Of a DNA stretch of 64,000 nucleotides, positions 27,078 to 42,307 are shown piece after piece. A model generated the notes under the pieces. The model saw nothing but the letters and a program-made list of their open reading frames with translations. It did no database searches and had not been told where the DNA came from. The first letter of the stretch is position 1. Each line of letters begins with the position of its first letter. The stretch covers positions 119,350,001 to 119,414,000 of the forward strand of contig OX597816.1 of NCBI GenBank assembly GCA_951406725.2, written 5' to 3'. The stretch is from Octopus vulgaris. Lineage: Eukaryota. A program made the translations under genes and the position numbers.

Positions 27078-27191
27078 TACATACAAACATATATATATAC
27101 ATATAAACATACATATGTATACATAAAACATATATGTATGTATATATAAATACAAATATATACATACAAATGTTTAAACACACACACACAC

Positions 27192-27254
<63 letters not shown>

Positions 27255-27797
27255 AGGAGAAAAGAGTAAAATGATGAGACAGGCAGTTAAATATAAGTAA
27301 TTAGATAGATATAGTTATAAAAATACAGATGAATAGATATATCATATTAATTCGTAGAATCAGACATACAAACTTAGATATAACCAACATGGGACGGCAA
27401 ATATTTATGAGAATTAAAAGTGAAATATTTCAAGAATGATAACAGAGAAGACGAGATGTCGAAACTCACAAGTTACTTGTCAAATATGTCTTTGTTGGTT
27501 TTTGTCATTTTCATTATAGGGTCATTCATACTCTATAAATAATATATGTTATATATATAAGAGGGCAGAGAGAGATGTGAATTTACTTCAGAAACACAGA
27601 GATCTATACACGAAAAAGAAAAAAAAAACACATAAATGAATGTATGTATGTATGTATGTATGTATGTATGTATGTATGTATGTATGTATGTATGTATGTA
27701 TGTATGTATGTACGTATGTACGTGTGTATGTGTGTATGTGTGTGTGCGTTCATATATAAGTATGTAGAAATGTAGAAATAGAAAATATATGTGTTAG

Positions 27798-27850
<53 letters not shown>

Positions 27851-28013
27851 TTCGTACATATGTAGACAAGTAGAGAGATGTACTAATGTAGGCGTTTCAT
27901 ACATATGTAAATACATATGTGTGCGTGTGTATTGTTTTACATATATAGGCATTTATGCAGACACAAACATAAATAATATAGAAACATATAATACATACTA
28001 ACACACACACACA

Positions 28014-28066
<53 letters not shown>

Positions 28067-28163
28067 CGGGAAGCTTTATGAAAATAAACAAAAGACGAAG
28101 GCAGGTGGAAAACAAACGAACAATTGTATTAGTATGGCGCTCAGGAAATATAAATAAAACAAG

Positions 28164-28200
28164 TCTTTAACGTTTCGAGCCTACGCTCTTCAACAGAAAG
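28164..28200 (-). ncRNA. Hammerhead motif (CUGUUGA variant) in the PLE pLTR
   Basis: CTTT-CTGTTGA-AGAGC-gtag-GCTC-GAAAC-GTT-AAAG, on the same strand as the ORF. Confidence 0.65.
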
Positions 28201-28434
28201 ATACACAGAGAGAGAAAAACACAGAAAGAAGGAGAGAAAAAAAATGCGTGCAGTAGCTAACGAATCAACATGGCGATCTGATTTCGGCCAGAGGTCAAAG
28301 ATCAAACATGAGACGCGAGAGCGAAATAAGGGGAGATAATAGGGTTGATAAAAGGGTTGAGGGACCAGCTAATAGTGCGTGGGAGGGGTCTGGATGTGTG
28401 TATGTATAGGGTTGGTGTATGTATTAGTATGTAT

Positions 28435-28471
<37 letters not shown>

Positions 28472-28692
28472 AGAGAGTATTAGTGTGTATGATTGGTCAG
28501 GACGTGCGTATGTATGGGATTGGTGTATGTATTAGTATGTATTATGTATTAGTACGTATTGGTATGTATAGGTGTGTGTGTGTGTGTGTGAGAGAGAGTA
28601 TAAGTGCGTATGCGGGGTCTGGACGTGTGTATGTATAGGGTTGGTGTAAGTATTAGTATGTACTAGTATGTATTAGTACGTATTAGTATGTA

Positions 28693-29666
28693 TTAGTTGG
28701 TGTGTGTATTAGTATGGCACATCATATGTGATGTGATGTGTAAAGTCATGTGGTGTAGTGAGGAGAAGAGGGGGAGGGGGAGAAGAGGGGGGAGAAGGGG
28801 AGGGGAAGAAGAGGGGGAGGAGAAGGGGGAAGAGGATAGGATGGGGGAGAAGGAAGGGGAGGAGGGGGTGAAGGAGGAAAGAGGGAGAGGGGGAGAGAGA
28901 AGGGGAGAGAGGGAGTGAGGGAGCAGAGGGAAGGGGAAGAGGGAGGGAGAAAGAGGGAAGAAGGGAAGGGGAGTAGGGGTGAAAGGATGAAGGACTGAAG
29001 AAGTAGGAGTCGGGGGGAGAAAGGATAGGTGAGGAGGGGGAGAGGGGGTTAGATGAGGAGGGGGAGAGTTGAGACCAAATGGCGTATAAGAGCGAAGAGA
29101 GAAGATTAATTCCTGTTCACGGCGCAAACGGGAATCCGGATGGCCTCTGTGTAAGGACAAACCGAACACAGATAGGTGTTGCAAGGAGTGACCGGTGGAG
29201 CGGAAATGGCGTGAGACCGGTGTGTCGTTCGCAAGGTGGATGTCACGAAGGTGTTCCGCGAACCGGTCAGCCAAGCGGCGTCCCGTTTGTCCGATGTACA
29301 AGGAATTGCAGAGAGAGCAAGAGATGCAATAGATAATATTGCTGGAGGTGCAGGTGAAGGAGTGGATGATGGGATAGGGTCGATGGTGGGTGCTAGTGAG
29401 GCGGGTGGTGTTGGAGAGGTAAGGGCAAGTGCGGCAACGTGGGCGGGAGCAGGGGAACGAGCCGGGTTGGGAGGTAGGGTCAGGGAAGGAGCTATGGACC
29501 AAAAGGTCTCGAAGGTTGTGGGCTCGTTTGAAAGAGGGGAGGGGTCGGTTAGGGAAGAGGTGTGAAGTGGACGGGTCGGACTGGAGATGACGGAAAGCTC
29601 GAAGAATGGTGCGTTGGAGACGTAGGGTCGTGGGGTGGTAAGTGAGGGGAAAAGGGAGGCGGGAGA
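28693..29666 (-). pseudogene. PLE polyprotein C-terminus: linker plus GIY-YIG endonuclease (RT missing)
   Basis: LTYHP...FKRAHNLRDLLVHS...CSRPRCRTC...FTCTSSNIIYCISCSLCNSLYIGQTGRRLADRFAEH...RLRREQELI...GLN. Confidence 0.9.
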
Positions 29667-29682
29667 CTACAGGGCGGGTTCG

Positions 29683-29782
<100 letters not shown>

Positions 29783-29928
29783 AAATGATATATATATATA
29801 GATTGATGTAGTGTTTTATGTGTATATAATTCCTATGTGTATTCGTGTACATAAAGGTGCTTATGTACTAGTGTGTGTATATGTGAGTTTCTTTGTTCAT
29901 GTATGAGAGGTTGTAGTGCACTGTCATA

Positions 29929-29996
<68 letters not shown>

Positions 29997-30017
29997 TACA
30001 TATACACACATTATATA

Positions 30018-30207
30018 TTCTTTTATCTTTTACTTGTTTCAGACTTTTGACTGCTGCCATACTGGCTTGGAGAATTTTAGTCGAAATACTCTTTTGAGCC
30101 TGTCGGTCTTTTGCTGAACTTCTAAATTACTTGGACGTAAACTCACCAACACCGGTTGTCAAGTGGTAGTGGGTGGATAAAAACAGCTACCTCTCCATAT
30201 ATATATG

Positions 30208-30277
<70 letters not shown>

Positions 30278-30503
30278 GGAGTAAACACATAAATGTGAAA
30301 CAAGGTGGAAAAAAGAGTACTCAAATACCAGTTGTAGAGTAATAGGCTTTATTTTAAGCAGCAGAAAATTCAACAAAATCTGTTAGTCTGAGTTTCTCGT
30401 TGCCGTTCATCAGACACTTTTTGCTAGCAAAAACTGTCTGATGAACGGCAACGAGAAACTCAGAGTAACAGATTTTGTTGAATTTCCTGCTTTTTAAAAT
30501 AAA

Positions 30504-30597
<94 letters not shown>

Positions 30598-30726
30598 AGA
30601 TGAATATGGTACTTAAGTTGAGGGACCAGAAGTACGGTATTATCCATACATTTTTAACATAAGATGATTAAAATCAAAATAAGCAACAAGGATGTCTAGA
30701 GGTAATACCTCTGGATATCTTTGTTG

Positions 30727-30795
<69 letters not shown>

Positions 30796-30995
30796 GTATG
30801 TATGTATATATCGGACACCTCCCCATATATAAATATATACTGGGCTTCTTGTAAGTTCTGTCTACCAAATCCACTCGCAACGCTTTGGTTGACCCGAGGT
30901 TACAGTAGACGAACCTTGCCCAAGTGTCACGTAATGAGACTGAACCTGTAAGCATGCACTTGTGAAGCAAACCTATTACCACACAGCCACGCTGT
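30018..30995 (-). mobile_element. SINE family A copy split by insertions
   Basis: Tail at 30018-30185 and head at 30840-30995, same orientation, separated by (TA)n and the fold-back element. Confidence 0.65.
30276..30505. mobile_element. Fold-back element with two outward-facing hammerheads
   Basis: Palindrome 30347-30504 centred on TTGCTAGCAA. Right arm reads CTGT-CTGATGA-ACGGCAACGA-GAAA-CTCAGAG-TA-ACAG. Confidence 0.85.
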
Positions 30996-31088
30996 ATGGT
31001 AAGAAATTTATATACATACATACATACATACATACATACATACATACATACATACATACATACATACATGCATACATACATACATACA

Positions 31089-31150
<62 letters not shown>

Positions 31151-31277
31151 CGAAATATTGAATGCTTTAATTGATATATTTGTTTTCTTGGGATTTGTCT
31201 TGCATTTACTTCGCATTGTTCTGGCCTTTCCCACGATCCTTTATATATATATTCTACACAATGATTCATAGTAATTA

Positions 31278-31348
<71 letters not shown>

Positions 31349-31365
31349 ATAGATAGATAGATAGA

Positions 31366-31402
<37 letters not shown>

Positions 31403-31573
31403 AAGAGAGGTAGAAAGAAACTGAGTGATGGACGAATGAATGAGTAGATGTAGAGATGCATGCATGGATGTACTAGTTCCAACTTGTATTTCACCAAGAC
31501 ATATCTTATATTATCGTTCTAAGGTAGTTTATATTATATAAAATAACAAAATCGTTCCATCGTCTTCTCCATG

Positions 31574-31610
<37 letters not shown>

Positions 31611-31614
<4 letters not shown>

Positions 31615-31922
31615 GAAAACATAAAAACAAAACATGGAAACGAACTTTTTTTCAAACAACGAAAAAACAGAGTGCAAGATATACAACACAAGGAATATTC
31701 CCCTTCTTCAATTGTCCCTGTTTCGTCTACTCCGCGTTTCCTTACCTTCGTAACGCGGAGTAGACGAAACAGGGACAACTGAAGAAGGGGAATATTCCTT
31801 GTGTTGTATGTCTTGCACTCTGTTTTTTCGTCATTTGAAAAAAAGTTCGTTTCCATGTTTTTGTTTTTATGTTTTCGTTTCTCGTCGTGTTCAACGTTTT
31901 TCTTTTTTTGGTGTCCTGTACC
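31611..31922. repeat. Fold-back element (~125-bp arms), probably PLE-derived
   Basis: GTCCCTGTTTCGTCTACTCCGCGTT / AACGCGGAGTAGACGAAACAGGGAC. The terminus TTTGGTGTCCTGTAC recurs inverted at 63762-63803. Confidence 0.85.
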
Positions 31923-32289
31923 CATATATGCATTTATATATACATATAGATGTACGTATGTACATATATGTATGTATATATGCATATGTTTATATATATA
32001 TATATATATTGTGAACAACTCTGGTAAAATTAGTAAATGTAACTATAGTTCAACACCGGCTGACGAGGTAAATAGTCGCTGAAATATTTAGATACCTTCT
32101 GAAGGTAGCTTGTGTTGAATATTCGATGTTTTCTTTATGTGGCCTATTATTTCCGTTTGTTTAATTTACATGGCCATAAAGTGAGAGTGACGAATACTTT
32201 CTTGAACCGTTGTCTGCTCTCAGAGATTAATTATCGAGCTTACATCGACTAAAGTTGTACTGCTTTGCTTCATGAGTGTCTGTCTACTA

Positions 32290-32354
<65 letters not shown>

Positions 32355-32394
32355 ATATATTCATACATACAATATATACATACATCACAAATAT

Positions 32395-32493
<99 letters not shown>

Positions 32494-33194
32494 TTCGTGC
32501 ATGTGTGTTTGTGTGTGTCTGTATGCACATACATACATACACTGTTGGAGAACGCGTGGTGTGGAATGAAATGAGATTCAATGAGAAAGACATGTTGATA
32601 GCAGTTCATACAATGTAATAAAAACGATTACAAGCAAATAGTATTATAGCTGGCGTATACATCTACAGTGTGGTTAGTACTATCAGTTTTATTGTTTTAT
32701 TAAAGTTCAACTCATGCAGACAAATGGCCAATGGTATTCTAGCCATGACAATCCCGTAATTCTATCAGCTATAGTTTATTCCGATTTGAAATGTGATCTG
32801 GCTGCTATTTCTAGCATATCAAACGATCACATACCGGCTCCCTGGTTGGTTTGTTTAGCTTTGCTTACAAGGTAGAGTAGTAATAGTACCATTGTAATTC
32901 ATGTGTTGATGTTCATACCTTCACCAATACTACTATAATGCAATAATATTTATAGCTGTAATTATAGCTCAGAAGCTATATTAACTCTTACAAATTGATA
33001 TTATTATGTTTTAATAAAGTCCTAGTTGCCAATTAATATTACTTATACACAATATTAATCATTCATTATTAATTACTCATTCACATCCTTAGTCTATATT
33101 TATACATAATCTTTTTTTAGTCATCGTATATAATTACACACACACACACATACATACACACACAGACCAATATATGCAAAAAAAGCACTGAATT

Positions 33195-33632
33195 AGCAGA
33201 ATTGGTGGAGCGACGGGCAAAATGCTTGCAGCGTTTAGTTTCGTACCTTTAGCTCTAGGTTCAAATTTGACTTTACCTTTCATCCTTCTAGAAGTGATGA
33301 ATTAAGTAGCAGTCAAAGGACAAACCAGCAAGGACCGATCTGTATATAGAAACATGTACCCGATCCCCATTTTATAAAATGACGCCACCATCACCACTCT
33401 TGCCGTCTTGAAAATACTTATTTCAAATTTTGACACAAGGCCAGTAAGTTCGGGGAAGGGATAAGTCGTTTACATCGACCCCAGTGCTCAACTGGTACAT
33501 ATTTTATCAATCTCAAATGGAGAAAAAGCGAAGTCGCCCTTGGCAGAATTTCAACTTAGAACATAAAGACGTACGAAATGCCGCTGAGCATTTTACTCGC
33601 CATACAAACGATTCTGCCCGTTCGCCACCTTA
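33195..33632. mobile_element. Two diverged SINE family B copies (+ 33195-33315, - 33420-33632)
   Basis: Similarity to the 21096 and 563 copies. Confidence 0.7.
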
Positions 33633-34378
33633 GCCGTCTCAAAAATAATAACCAGCTGGACACAATAGAATTGGATGGCGTTGTCCTGGATCTCATTATG
33701 TCTGAAGATAAAAAGGATTTGTTATAAGTCAAGTACCTATAATCTTAGGTTTGCTTGATCAGAGGTGACTTGCAGATAAGCAACCACCATCAACACTACA
33801 GCAAAGTGACAAATTAGCAACGTAATGTCAATGTTACAAATCAATACTCAGATAGAAAAGTATAGAAGACATAACCCAGTTTTGGAGTCCATCAAGGCTG
33901 GTAGTTGAGAGACACTGGAATGGTTAGATAGAGCACCTTGTTGCAATAAAGATGACGGTACATATCTATTCTCATGTTCGAAGTCCTAACTCTTCACGTT
34001 AACCTAAAGAATGATTAAAACAACTTAACCATTTTCGCTGGGAGATTTCAGTCGATGTTCTCGTTACAATTACAAAACCAAAAGTCATTGTTGTAAGCGT
34101 CTATATCAGTGCTTTTCACAATGGACAATAGAAAATTTTATATGGTTACTAGGGAGTAAGGCTGATAGATACATCTGTACAGTTTATTATTTTTTTTTTG
34201 TTTTTGTTTCGTATTTAAATGTTAGCTTTAAAAACTGTTATGATAAAACAGATTGTTAGCCACAATTACTGCAATATCAATAACAACAACATTAACAGTA
34301 ATTATAGACAGCGAAATGGGAATAAAAAATAATTAAAATCTAGCATATACCAACTATGCATATAAATTATAAACAAAT

Positions 34379-34440
34379 GGCGGTGCCCCAGCATGGCCAC
34401 AGCTCATAAGCTGAAACTAGAATCAATCAATCAATCAATA
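34379..34440 (+). mobile_element. Isolated LINE/SINE 3' tail with (ATCA)n
   Basis: GGCGGTGCCCCAGCATGGCCACAGCTCATAAGCTGAAACTAG(AATC)n. Confidence 0.6.
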
Positions 34441-34674
34441 GACTAGTGTAATTTAAAAAACATTGTCAAACTCTGTGGGTCTTTCCATATATGCAGTAAA
34501 GACGACCATAGCACCAGTTGTGCTAAGTAACAGCTTAAATTGTGCGTGTGTGCATACATATGCATATGTACGTGCTTGGACGTTGTTGATTCTAGCTATG
34601 AATGTTTCTTTTAATTTTATTATCTACCTACGTGTATAAAAAGACATGAAAACTCGAACGTGGGCAGAAAACCA

Positions 34675-34748
<74 letters not shown>

Positions 34749-36209
34749 ATACAGAACATACAACTATAAATCGAAATACAACGATGAATTACAACGGGCT
34801 ACGTGGGTATATATGAAGTACAAAGAATATGTACTCGTGTTTAGAGAAATCCACGTGCTATAGGTTAGATCAATAACTAAGGTCATGCAGGGATGCACCA
34901 TTTATTCGTATATAGTAAGACGGTGCTGTGTTAAGTAGACACCCGCGTCAGACTAGTACCAAAAATTAAATTAATCCGACCTAATATTACGTGTATATAA
35001 TCATATGTGGGATCGTTGAATCACAGCAAATGGTGTAGGAAAAATGTAAGTAAAGGAAAAGGGACGAAAATTTAAAAAAAAAGTTTGAGAGGTACTGGTC
35101 TGTCTATGTTATAAGGATATATTTGTCGCCCACCCTAGCAAAAAAGAAAGACCCGGAAGATCTACTTGCATTTTATAAACAAAAGTTGTTGACGAGTGTC
35201 AGTTGAAGTAAAAGACCTGCCAAAATTGAGGTACTTGTAAACTTCTGCGCTTTATAGGCCATACATACATACATACATATATATTTATTTAATACAGTTA
35301 TAAAAGATTACCATCATGAGGCAAGATTGTAAACAGATAGACAGATAGATATATTTAGGGGCTATCCAGCTCTGTAGATATTAACATCTATAAAACTCTA
35401 AGGTAAAGTCTAAATATCAAATTGTTACTCAGATTGTATATACACTTACACATTTACTTAGTGATTCTTTTATCACTACCCTAGCTTACATGATAAAGGG
35501 TATGCTTAACTAATGACGTCGGAAATTTGTTGGAGAAAAGAAAATATAAGTAGTTGCCTAATATTCTTTTTTTTTCTTTGTTGTTTTCTTTTTTCCTCGC
35601 TATACATTCTTCTAGATATTTATTTAACGCTTCATATATTTAGACTCGTTATCTGCAATCAGAATGTGTTTCGTGCAATCTATGCATCCGCATGTTATAC
35701 AAAAATTAAGAAATAACGATTGAAATATTGGATTTATTTTAATTCTTTATTTGCTTTATATAATCACATATTATAAAATATTTGCTTATATTATTCACGT
35801 ATTACAAAATATTTACATAAACTATAAACTAACAGCAATACTTACAGTTATGTAAATCTTTATTTGCTGTTTATTGCAGTTTATTATAATAAATGTTCAG
35901 AATGTTTAACATATGCTAATAACATACACAACTGTTAATTTCATGTTACTGCTCATGAATATTCACATGTTGTAACACATGCTGTTAATTCTACGATTTT
36001 GTTTCTTTCATTGTATAGCTTATTGTTTTTGTTATTCTTATCAAGTCCCTGCTCAGCCCTGTCACCAAAACCTTTCCAGTTACAGCTATCCCATATTGTC
36101 TTCAGGTTTCAGTGCATTTAGCACTCTGTTATCGAATGTTTCCTTCCTTTAAGACGACGGATAAGATCTAAGGAAGATCTGGAGTTGTTTCTAATGAATA
36201 AAAGTGACT

Positions 36210-36560
36210 ATATGGAGCTTATGGCGCAGAGAGCCATGGATGTTGGGAATCTCGCTAAGAGATCACACCCGGAACGAGGAGATCAGGGATAGAACTGGAC
36301 GTCGTCGCAGAATGCTACCACACAAAGCTACGATGGGCCGGTCATGTCGCAAGGTTCACAGATAATCGTCGAGTGGTACCTATGCAGTCATCAAGTGGTA
36401 CCCGCACGAGCGGGAGATACCAGTCGGAAGACCTCCAATCAGGTGGGAATATGATTTAAGAAAAATGTTTGGAATAACGTGGAGGAGAATGATGAGAGCA
36501 TGGGAGAAATTGAGCGAATGCTGTGACCAGACAGCCTGGCCGATCCAAGTGATCCAGGTA
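36210..36560 (+). mobile_element. Decayed RTE LINE 3' fragment
   Basis: SLRDHTRNEEIRDRT...KLRWAGHVARFTDNR...WYPHEREIPVGRPPIRWEYDL, with frameshifts. Confidence 0.8.
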
Positions 36561-36792
36561 ATGTGGAGCGCACGAGATACGACTCATCATCAGATGGACC
36601 ACTTTACTAAAAAAATCAGGGTAATTCTTTTTCGTTGGGCGTGCCATTCACAAAGTGTTCCCCTGATGATCCATTGTTGTCAAGCTTCCAATGGCACTTG
36701 GAACATCTAATCCAGAGATTCCAAACAACTACACCAGTCAAACGCACGTGAGGAACAAATTATATAAACTTGTGTTTATCATGGTTCTCAAA

Positions 36793-36857
<65 letters not shown>

Positions 36858-37264
36858 CGCACATATATATATATAAGTATGCATGTATGCATGAATATAA
36901 GTATGTATTCTCACCGTAGTAATTTTACTGTTCATCATTTTTGGCATCAGATTTTTTTCCATTTTATCCAAGAATAAAGAATAGTGCTTTTTGACCTTCG
37001 AAACTTTTCCGAAATGAATGAAATTTCTATGGTTGACTATCCCTCTGGACCTATGTTTGTCGTCGTCTACAGGAAAAACGTATTTGAAGAGAATTCCAAA
37101 GTGTAATGATCTACTGGTGGCAGGATTGCCTAAGAACCAGATAAATAATATGAATTAAAAACGAAAGAGAAACAGCTGAGCTGACAAGATCTAAGGGCTG
37201 GAATTGTTAATAAACAACACAGTGGTAATGTCCTCATAATATCAAACTACTCTTATAACCAAGA

Positions 37265-37470
37265 AGGTGACGAGCAGGCAGAGGCATTAGCACGTCGAAC
37301 AAATTCCTGAGTCGCGTTTCTTCCGGTTTTACGTTCTCAGTTCAAATTCTGCCTTGGTCTTCTTAGCCTTTCAGCATTTTGATGTCAATAGAATAAGTTC
37401 CAGTTGAACACCGGGGTCAATATAATATTAGCACCCTCCCCACAATTTCAGGCCTTGTGTCTATAGTAGA
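37265..37470 (+). mobile_element. SINE family B, diverged
   Basis: GGTGACGAGCAGGCAGA...GTTCAAATTCTGCC...AATTTCAGGCCTTGTG. Confidence 0.7.
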
Positions 37471-38766
37471 GAAAAAAACAAAAATGTTATCGATGAGACA
37501 ACCCATGTTTGATCCTTCTTTCTTTTGTTGTGCTTGATTGGCTCCAGGTCAATTCTGATTCAATAAATAACCCTACGATCAAAAGCTTTCCTACCATAGC
37601 CACCCTGTTTTATTTTCGAGCATAATATATTCAGATTTGCACCATCCATTTTTAGTGTCCTTCACTTTTTTAAGGAAGTGTGGTGTTATAATTTTAGAAG
37701 TGATTCAACTGCTTTTTCTACATAAAGGTGTATCTTCGTAAGCTCAACTTATCAACTGCAGGTGGATGAAAAGTAAAGAAGGCATGAGCTGGATTTGAAC
37801 TCAAACTGCAAAGGGGCTTCACTAAATAGCAACATTTATTTTGTTCGATACGCAACTAATTCTCACATGCACTTAACTTGGCCCGTTCTGCACTGTTTAT
37901 AAATATTTTCTCACCAACCAATAAAATCATGCATAATTATCATGATATCTGCTCCCTCCTACTCTGACAAACTTAATGAAGCAAAATTGTGAATAAATTT
38001 ATGCTGAAACGTAAGTTATTTTAAATGTCTAACACGTCCCATCTGGATGATTGTGTTTGTTAAGTTACTTTTCTAAATATGTATTATACAAATATGTGCA
38101 GCATATACAAATACTGAGCTAGGTTTCAACAATTGTATATGTTTAGATCAAACTTCTAATCTAAATATGGACTATTTACTCACGCATACACACGTACAGC
38201 TTTACACGTATATGTATATACACGCACGAACACACACATATATACACATATACAGACAATACATAGACACACACTCGTATATTCTCACATACAGACAAAA
38301 CGCACACTAGAACACAATACACACACATATTCACATAAAAATAGATGCATACATGTATGCATGTATATGTGTGTCAGTGCGTTTCTGTAGGTATATATAT
38401 GTATATATGTGAGGGTGATTATTTGCGTATGTATACATACTCTAAATACAAACTATTCAGATTCATTTCTTTGGTTTCAGACCACAGTTCTATAAAGTAG
38501 AGCAGATGAGTGGTTGTAATGTCCATTGAACTGAAGTAGTATATTGCTGGTATGCATTTTATCGATCACCAGAATGACGAAAGAGAAATATCGAGTCTTC
38601 GGATCATTTAATTCGACACCCTAACATTTCTGGCACTTAATCTCCCTGAAAAATATTAGCTATATAAATATACATCCATACATTGTATAGAATAGTACAA
38701 ATACTGTTTATTTACACTTTTACAGGCGAGTATGCTACCAATTGTATAATCATGGATTATTTACAT

Positions 38767-38828
<62 letters not shown>

Positions 38829-39146
38829 AGCATTCTGTAAATATATTTGTATATGTGTATATATATATACACACACATACATATGCATGTATATTTGTAT
38901 GTGAATATATTTGTATGTGCGTGTATGTAGTATCTATAGTGTATATGATTATACATATAAGTTATATACACACACATATATATATATACATATATACACA
39001 TATATATGGATAGATTTATATATATATATATACACATACACACGTATAGAGAGATGTGAATATATATATATATATTTATATATGTATATATACAAATATA
39101 TAAAGAGATTTATATATATATACATATACACATATAAAGAAATTTG

Positions 39147-39191
<45 letters not shown>

Positions 39192-39231
39192 ATATACATA
39201 TCTGTATACATATACACACACATATATATAG

Positions 39232-39317
<86 letters not shown>

Positions 39318-39329
39318 GCATATATAGAG

Positions 39330-39367
<38 letters not shown>

Positions 39368-40024
39368 AAAGATAGATTAAAAGAAAGAAAAAACGAGAAA
39401 GAGGAGAATTAGAGAGAGCCTGGGTTGATAAGTTCAAATATAAAATGCTTTTTTCCACTGGGAATTTAGAGGCAGATTAATCATGATAAAAATTATATTA
39501 CAATCCAGGAAGGAAGAGATATTCCCTTTTGTTTCACGTATAAACCAAACTCCGGATATCTTCAGACCTGTTTATAATGGATAGTGCAAAAGCAAACTCT
39601 GGAAATATTATGGGCATCGACCAGGATTTGAAACTGAAAGTTGTCGCTCTTTCCGCCTTGAATTGTAAGAAATTTGTGAACCTACAATGCACACTCACAC
39701 ACACTTACATACACATATATATGTATATATATTGAGAGAGAGGGGGGTTAGTTGGGTATGCAAAGATTGCAACTAATTGTATAAATATGGATATTATGCA
39801 TATGTACGAACAATAATGCATGCGACTAATACATAAATATCGATTATTTACATGTATGCGGGGTGTATATATAAAGGTATACTACTAAAAGATTATTTAT
39901 GCATATATGTTGCTGGCAGTGTGACTCTGTGTATGTGTGTGCGCGTGTGTATTGTGTACTGAGTGTATTCCTATTTCGTATGTGCATATTCCATATATTA
40001 GAAATACACTTCTAAGCTATTTTC

Positions 40025-40430
40025 TTTTATTCTTTTATTTGTTTATGTCATTTGACTGCGACCATGCTAGAGCACCGTCTTTTAGACGAACAAATCGATG
40101 CCACCTCAGGACTTACTCTTTGTAAGCTCAGTACTTATTCCATCGATCTCTTTGCCGAACCGCTATGTTACGGGAACGTAAACGCAACAACACGGGTTGT
40201 CATGTGATGATGGGGAGCAATCACAGACGCACAAACGCAAAAACACACATACACACACGCACATATATATATACGACAGACTTCTTTCCGTTTCCATCTA
40301 CCAAATCCACTCATAAGGATTTGGTCGGCCCAAGGCTATAGTAGAAGACACTTGCCCAAGCTACCACGAAGTGGGACTGAACCCAGAACCAGGTGGCTGG
40401 TATGCAAGCTACTTACCACACAGCCACACC
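40025..40430 (-). mobile_element. SINE family A
   Basis: Aligns from tail to head with the 51078 copy. Confidence 0.85.
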
Positions 40431-40605
40431 TAATTCATTTTTTTTCTTCTACAATCTTTATAATCTCATTGTGTTGTAAGTCAGATGATCTACTGGGCTG
40501 TTATGACATTACTAAAGAGATTAATCCACCCACCCCCACCAAAGGTACACAGAACAATGTCGCAAGCTACCATGCATAAAGGTGTTAGATTATTAGAATA
40601 ATTTA

Positions 40606-40962
40606 AGGTGGCGAACATCGTTAGTATATCGTTGCTACACCGGACAAAATGCTCAGCCTTATTTCGCCCGTCTTTAAGTTCTGAATTCAAACTCTGCCGA
40701 AGTCGACTTTGCCTTTCAAGCTTTTGAGGTTGATAAAATAAGTATCAGTCAAGCACTAGAATCGTTGTAATTGACTAATCCCTACCCACAAAATTTCAGG
40801 CCTTGAGCCTATTGCCGAAAGGATTATTAGAACCCTAATATTCTCGAAGCATTTAGTTACATCTTTTTACATTCTGTGTTCAATTTCTGTCAAAGCTAAC
40901 CTTGTGTTTCATCCTTTTCGAATCGATAAAATAAAGTACCGCTCAAGTACTAAAGTCGATTA
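40606..40962 (+). mobile_element. SINE family B copy plus a second partial copy
   Basis: GCCGAAGTCGACTTTGCCTTTCA...GATAAAATAAGTA, present twice. Confidence 0.7.
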
Positions 40963-42207
40963 AATATTCCTATAAAACATCTTAAACGTGAATAGAATTG
41001 TAATAACGGACAAAATTGTATCTCTTAGAGATACCTGTAGCTCAGCGAACGGTTTCATCTTTACCGTATGAGTTAAAATAATGATTTTTCTATCTGTTAA
41101 TGTTTTCGGTGTTTATAGTGATGTTATTAAGAGGTTCTGAATGGGGATAGAGTGCAGCACAATTGATGACAGGAGAGTAAATGTAAACATTTTCTGCATA
41201 GATGCATTTTATGGGTGTTTGCATGATAGAGTATATACGAATGTGTCATCGTTATTTTGTGGTTCTTGGCTCGTTTTCAGTGTGTAACCTTTTGACTAAG
41301 TGTCTCCTACCAATATGCTCTGTAATCGTCCAAAAACGTATGCCTTCAACTGGTGATACGAGAAATGAGTGGAAAATAAATTGTAACTAGTCATAAGTGG
41401 TGTAGCTAACCCAGAGGCTATCATAAGGTCCCTACCGATTCCGTTGTAAACATCCGGAGCATGTCCAACTAATAAGGTATAGACTCTTCCTCAATTTCCT
41501 TCACCTGCCTTGGAGCAAAATGGCTGCAAAACTTTCGCTTTCAAATGAAACAATCAAAATTTTAGAAAATAAATCTGCAAAGGCTAAGAGTCGATGTTCA
41601 AAGGCTGTTTGACGCTCATGTTGTAATGAAACTGAAAGTAAAATGACGGTCTTGGAGAAGTAATCAATCGACTGAATTTAGGATCTATAAATTGATGCCT
41701 TTCAAGATATGGGCGTTTAAGGTAGACGACTAGGAACTATGACTTTATAATTCAATGTATTGAGAAGAGGCATATATTTGAAACAATGTTGAACTCAGTT
41801 AAAAAATTGGGCTTTCTGTATGTGTGTGTGTGAGTGTGTATGTGGGTATGTGCGTGTGCGTGTGTGTGTGTGTGCGTGGTGTGCGTGTGTGTGTGCGTGG
41901 TGTTCATGCGTATGTGTGTGTACGTGTGCATGTGTGTATGTATGCATATATATATCTATACACACGCAGGTGTATATATATCAATGACATGCGTATAAAT
42001 GTATACCTTAAACAATAGTATCATATATACATATATATCCACATGCACATAATACACCCATCTATAGGTATGTATGGTGTATGGTGTATGGTGTGTGTAT
42101 ACATATACATGTATATATGTGTTACAAATAGAAATATATATACATACGTATTTACATGCACACATACGCACGTTAATATATGTGTATGTGTGTGTGTACA
42201 TACATAC

Positions 42208-42307
<100 letters not shown>

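Noticed and set aside
28392-28720. CRISPR-like repeat array
   Set aside because: Eukaryotic tandem low-complexity units in a PLE UTR, with no unique spacers or cas genes.
32056-32098. Hammerhead CTGACGA...GAAA
   Set aside because: Only a 2-bp stem II and no stem I; compatible with chance.
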